Positions 28,697-32,000 of a stretch of DNA of 32,000 bases are shown piece by piece. The notes under the pieces were generated by a model. It did no database searches and was not told the origin of the DNA. It saw only the letters and a list, made by a program, of their open reading frames with translations. Source of the DNA: an uncultured Actinomycetes bacterium (GTDB lineage Bacteria > Actinomycetota > Actinomycetes > S36-B12 > CAIYMF01); the NCBI GenBank assembly GCA_963843975.1, contig CAWJMG010000003.1, positions 180,001 through 212,000 of the forward strand, read 5' to 3'. The first letter of the stretch is position 1. Each line of letters begins with the position of its first letter. The position numbers were made by a program, and so were the translations under genes.

Positions 28697-31600
28697 CTAG
28701 GCGCGGAGGCGCAGGCCCTGCGGGGTCGCGACGAAGCCGGCGACCTCGAGGGCCTTGCCGAGGGCGGACGCCGGCGACAGCACCGAGCCGCCGTCCGCGG
28801 TCGTCACGGTGAGGCGGCCGAGGGCTCCGGTGCGCACTGCGCGGGTGAGCTCGGCGGCGGCCGCCGCGAGCGCTTCGGCGTCGTCGGTCCACGACAGCAG
28901 CGTGCGGCCGCCGCGCTCGACGTAGAGCGCGAGCGCGCCGTCGACGAGCACCACGAGCGCTCCGGCCTTGCGACCGGGCTTGTGACCGCTCGCGACCTCC
29001 TCGGGGCGCGCAGGCCAGCCGAGCGCCGCGCCGTACGGGTTCGCGGGGTCGGTGGCCGCGAGCACGAGGGCGCGCGGTGCAGCGTCGAGGTCGCGCCCGG
29101 AGGGCACCGATGCCCGCACGCGGTCGATCGCGCCCGGCAGCGAGAACTGCGCGGCGCCGAGCCCCTCGACGACATAGCCGCGGCGGCAGCGGCCGGCGTC
29201 CTCGAACGCCGACAGCACGCGGTAGACCCCGGCGAACCCGCCCGAGACGCGCTCGGCGGCGACGGCCCCGCGCGTGACGACGCCGTGCCGGTCGAGCAGC
29301 CCCTCGGCCAGGGCGGCGGCGCGGAGCGTGGCGTCGGGGGAGCGCGGCGGCACGAGCGACCACCGGCCGCTGACCGACGGCGGCCCGCTGCGCGTGGGCA
29401 TGCCGGCGCGCGACGGCCGGGCGTACCGCCCGCGCGGCCCGACCCGGGGAGCGGCGGCCGCCGTGCGCGGCTTGCGCGCGGAGCCCGACAGGTGCGAGCG
29501 CAGCGGCGCCCACGTGTCGCCGGCGACCTGGCCGGTCCAGACGAGGTCCCACAGCGCCGCCACGAGCGAGGAGTCGTCGACGCCTCCGGCACCGGGGTTC
29601 ACGGCCGGCCCTACGCGGTCGGACAGCGCTCGGAAGAACCAGCCGCCGCCCGACCGCAGCGTGTCGAGCACGGCGTCGTGCAGGGGCGACCGCTCGAGCT
29701 CGAGGACGTCGGGCAGCACGAGTTCAGCAGTGTCCGCGGGCGCGAGTGCGATCCACCCGTCCCCGCCCGGCAGCGCGCCGGCACCTGCCCACACGACCTC
29801 GCCTGCGGCGGTGAGCTCGTCGAGCATGCCGGGCTGGTAGCCCTCGACGCGTGACGGCAGCACGAGCGACTCCCAGGCCGACGCCGGGACGATCACGCCG
29901 GCGAGCTGCTCGACGACGCGCAGCACGCCGTCGGCGCCGCGCAGGCGGCGTCCGTTGCCGGGCCCGACGTTCTGCCAGGCGGGGAGGAAGACGCCGAGCG
30001 CCTCCTGAGGCACGGGCTCGGCCTCGCGTCGCAGTGCAGCGACTGACCGACGGCGGATGAGGCGCAGCACATCGGCGTCGCACCACTCCGAGCCCGAGCC
30101 GCCCGGGCGGAACTCGCCGCTGACGACGCGGCCGGACGCCGCGAGCCGGGCGAGCGCGGCGGTGACGACGGCCGTGCCGAGGCCGAACGCGGTCGCGGCC
30201 TCGGACGCGTGGAACGGCCCGTGCGTGCGCGCCCACCGGGACACGAGGTCGCCGACCGGGTCGACCACCGGCTCGAGGAAGGCTTCCGGCAGCCCGACCG
30301 GCAGGGCCGTGCCGAGAGCGTCGCGCAGGCGCGCGGCGTCCTCGACCGAGGCGACCACCGTCTCGCCGCCGATCCGCACCTCGATCGCCCGGCGTACGGC
30401 GACGAGCGCATCGACCCACTCCGCCTGCGCACCGCGGGCTTCCAGGGCAGCGCGCGTGAGCGGGCCGAGCATGCGCAGCAGGTCGGCCACCCCCTCGGAG
30501 TCGCGCGCGTGGCGCTCGGGCACGAGCCGCTGCAGCTCTGCCTCGACCTGCGTGAGCGCGACGGCGTCGAGCAGGTCGCGCAGCTCGGCCTGGCCGAGCA
30601 GCTCGGCCAGCAGGGCCGAGTCGAGCGTGAGCGCGGCCGCACGGCGCTCGGCGAGCGGGGAGTCGCCCTCGTAGAGGTACTGAGCGACGTAGCCGAACAG
30701 GAGCGACCGGGCGAACGGCGACGGCGTGGGCGTCTCGACCTCGACGACGCGCACCTCGCGCGACTGCACCGAGCGCATGAGCGCGACGAGCCCGGGCACG
30801 TCGTAGACGTCCTGCAGCACCTCGCGCATCGTCTCGAGCACGATCGGGAACGAGCCGTACTGCGAGGCGACCGAGAGAAGCTGCGCCGACCGTTGGCGCT
30901 GCTGCCAGAGCGGCGAACGCTTGCCGGGGTTGCGCCGCGGCAGCAGGAGCGCGCGTGCGGCCGACTCGCGGAAGCGCGAGGCGAACAGCGCCGATCCTCC
31001 GGCCTCGGCGGTGACGAGCGCCTCGACCTCGTCGGGGTCGAGCAGCGTCGACTCGAGCACGCCGCGCATGACCTCGTCGTCCTCGACGTCGGGCAGGCGC
31101 AGCACGATGCCGTCGTCGGCGTGCATCACCTGTGCGTCGACGCCGTGCCGCTCGCGCACGCGCGCACCGATCGCGAGCGCCCAGGGCGCGTGCACGCGCG
31201 CGCCGAACGGCGAGTGCACCACGATGCGCCAGTCGCCGAGCTCGTCGCGCACCTTCTCGACCACGATCGTGCGGTCGTCGGGCAGGTGGACCGTGGCGGC
31301 CTTCTGGTCGTCGAGGTAGGCGAGAAGGTTCGTGACGGCGTTGTCGTCGAGGCCGCTGTCGGACAGGCGCTTCTCGGCCTTGCCGCGCGCGAGCGCGCCG
31401 ACCTCGCGGACGTACGCGCCCATCGCCCGGCCGAGCTCGTACGGTCGGCCGATCGAGTCGCCGTGCCAGAACGGCAGCCGGCCGGCGAGGCCCGGTGCGG
31501 GGGAGACGAGCACGCGGTCGTGGGTGATGTCCTCGATCCGCCAGCTGGACGCTCCGAGCGCGAAGACGTCGCCGACGCGCGACTCGTAGACCATCTCCTC

Positions 31601-32000
31601 GTCGAGCTCGCCGACGCGTGACGCCTTCTCCCCGACCAGGAACACGCCGAAAAGGCCGCGGTCGGGGATCGTGCCGCCGCTCGTCACCGCGAGCCGTTGC
31701 GCACCCGGGCGCCCGGTGAGCGTGCCGCTGGTGCGGTCCCACACGAGGCGCGGTCGCAGCTCGGCGAACTCGTCGCTGGGGTAGCGGCCGGCGAGCATGT
31801 CGAGCACTGCGTCGTACGCCGACTGCGGCAGCGTGGCGAACGGCGCGGCACGGCGTACGAGCGCGAGGACGTCGTCGACGTGCCACTCGTCGAGCGCGCA
31901 CATCGCCACGACCTGCTGGGCGAGGACGTCGAGGGGGTTGCGCGGCATGCGCATCTCCTCGATGAGGCCGTCGCGCATTCGCTCGACCACGACCGCCGTC
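28697..32000 (-). CDS. lhr: ATP-dependent helicase Lhr (C-terminal ~1100 codons; N-terminus beyond right edge)
   Basis: The frame is open to base 32000. RMPRNPLDVLAQQVVAMCALDEW...LAGRYPSDEFAELRPRLVWDR...VTSGGTIPDRGLFGVF...WRIEDITHDRVLV... matches the Lhr core (helicase C-terminal, WH and beta-barrel domains) followed by the long Lhr C-terminal extension. Confidence 0.93.
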   Translation of the reverse strand, partial: TAVVVERMRDGLIEEMRMPRNPLDVLAQQVVAMCALDEWHVDDVLALVRRAAPFATLPQSAYDAVLDMLAGRYPSDEFAELRPRLVWDRTSGTLTGRPGAQRLAVTSGGTIPDRGLFGVFLVGEKASRVGELDEEMVYESRVGDVFALGASSWRIEDITHDRVLVSPAPGLAGRLPFWHGDSIGRPYELGRAMGAYVREVGALARGKAEKRLSDSGLDDNAVTNLLAYLDDQKAATVHLPDDRTIVVEKVRDELGDWRIVVHSPFGARVHAPWALAIGARVRERHGVDAQVMHADDGIVLRLPDVEDDEVMRGVLESTLLDPDEVEALVTAEAGGSALFASRFRESAARALLLPRRNPGKRSPLWQQRQRSAQLLSVASQYGSFPIVLETMREVLQDVYDVPGLVALMRSVQSREVRVVEVETPTPSPFARSLLFGYVAQYLYEGDSPLAERRAAALTLDSALLAELLGQAELRDLLDAVALTQVEAELQRLVPERHARDSEGVADLLRMLGPLTRAALEARGAQAEWVDALVAVRRAIEVRIGGETVVASVEDAARLRDALGTALPVGLPEAFLEPVVDPVGDLVSRWARTHGPFHASEAATAFGLGTAVVTAALARLAASGRVVSGEFRPGGSGSEWCDADVLRLIRRRSVAALRREAEPVPQEALGVFLPAWQNVGPGNGRRLRGADGVLRVVEQLAGVIVPASAWESLVLPSRVEGYQPGMLDELTAAGEVVWAGAGALPGGDGWIALAPADTAELVLPDVLELERSPLHDAVLDTLRSGGGWFFRALSDRVGPAVNPGAGGVDDSSLVAALWDLVWTGQVAGDTWAPLRSHLSGSARKPRTAAAAPRVGPRGRYARPSRAGMPTRSGPPSVSGRWSLVPPRSPDATLRAAALAEGLLDRHGVVTRGAVAAERVSGGFAGVYRVLSAFEDAGRCRRGYVVEGLGAAQFSLPGAIDRVRASVPSGRDLDAAPRALVLAATDPANPYGAALGWPARPEEVASGHKPGRKAGALVVLVDGALALYVERGGRTLLSWTDDAEALAAAAAELTRAVRTGALGRLTVTTADGGSVLSPASALGKALEVAGFVATPQGLRLRA

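Overview
This is a very GC-rich (by eye well above 65%), almost fully coding actinobacterial chromosomal segment. Most of it is a conserved housekeeping synteny block known from Mycobacterium, Corynebacterium and Streptomyces: rpsO-pnp-M16 peptidase-dapB, then thyX-dapA-rnj-ftsK-rodZ-like-rimO-pgsA-cinA/pncC-clgR, ending with nei and the C-terminal ~1100 codons of lhr (5' end off the right edge). Between dapB and thyX lies a less conserved block. It holds an enoyl-CoA hydratase, a six-gene minus-strand run (GNAT, DUF2461, azlC, azlD, a PH-like membrane protein, LtrA), a sarcosine-oxidase-like flavoprotein and a tetR-MFS pair. I found no rRNA, tRNA, CRISPR array, transposase, integrase or recognisable defence gene, and I cannot honestly point to a new multi-gene system. 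Four things are worth a second look. (1) Six net +1 frame disruptions all fall in four normally essential genes (pnp x2, M16 peptidase, dapB x2, ftsK), five of them within 3.5 kb, which looks more like an assembly or consensus artefact than real decay. (2) A 24-bp perfect (33/36 extended) inverted repeat tightly brackets a small P-loop kinase-like gene wedged between rnj and ftsK, and its left copy doubles as half of the rnj terminator hairpin. (3) A perfect 8-4-8 palindrome sits directly at the tetR start of the tetR-MFS operon. (4) Several 4-nt start/stop overlaps link genes of unknown function to transporters. Many long Arg/Pro/Gly-rich ORFs in the track are antisense or off-frame shadows typical of high-GC DNA and were not called.
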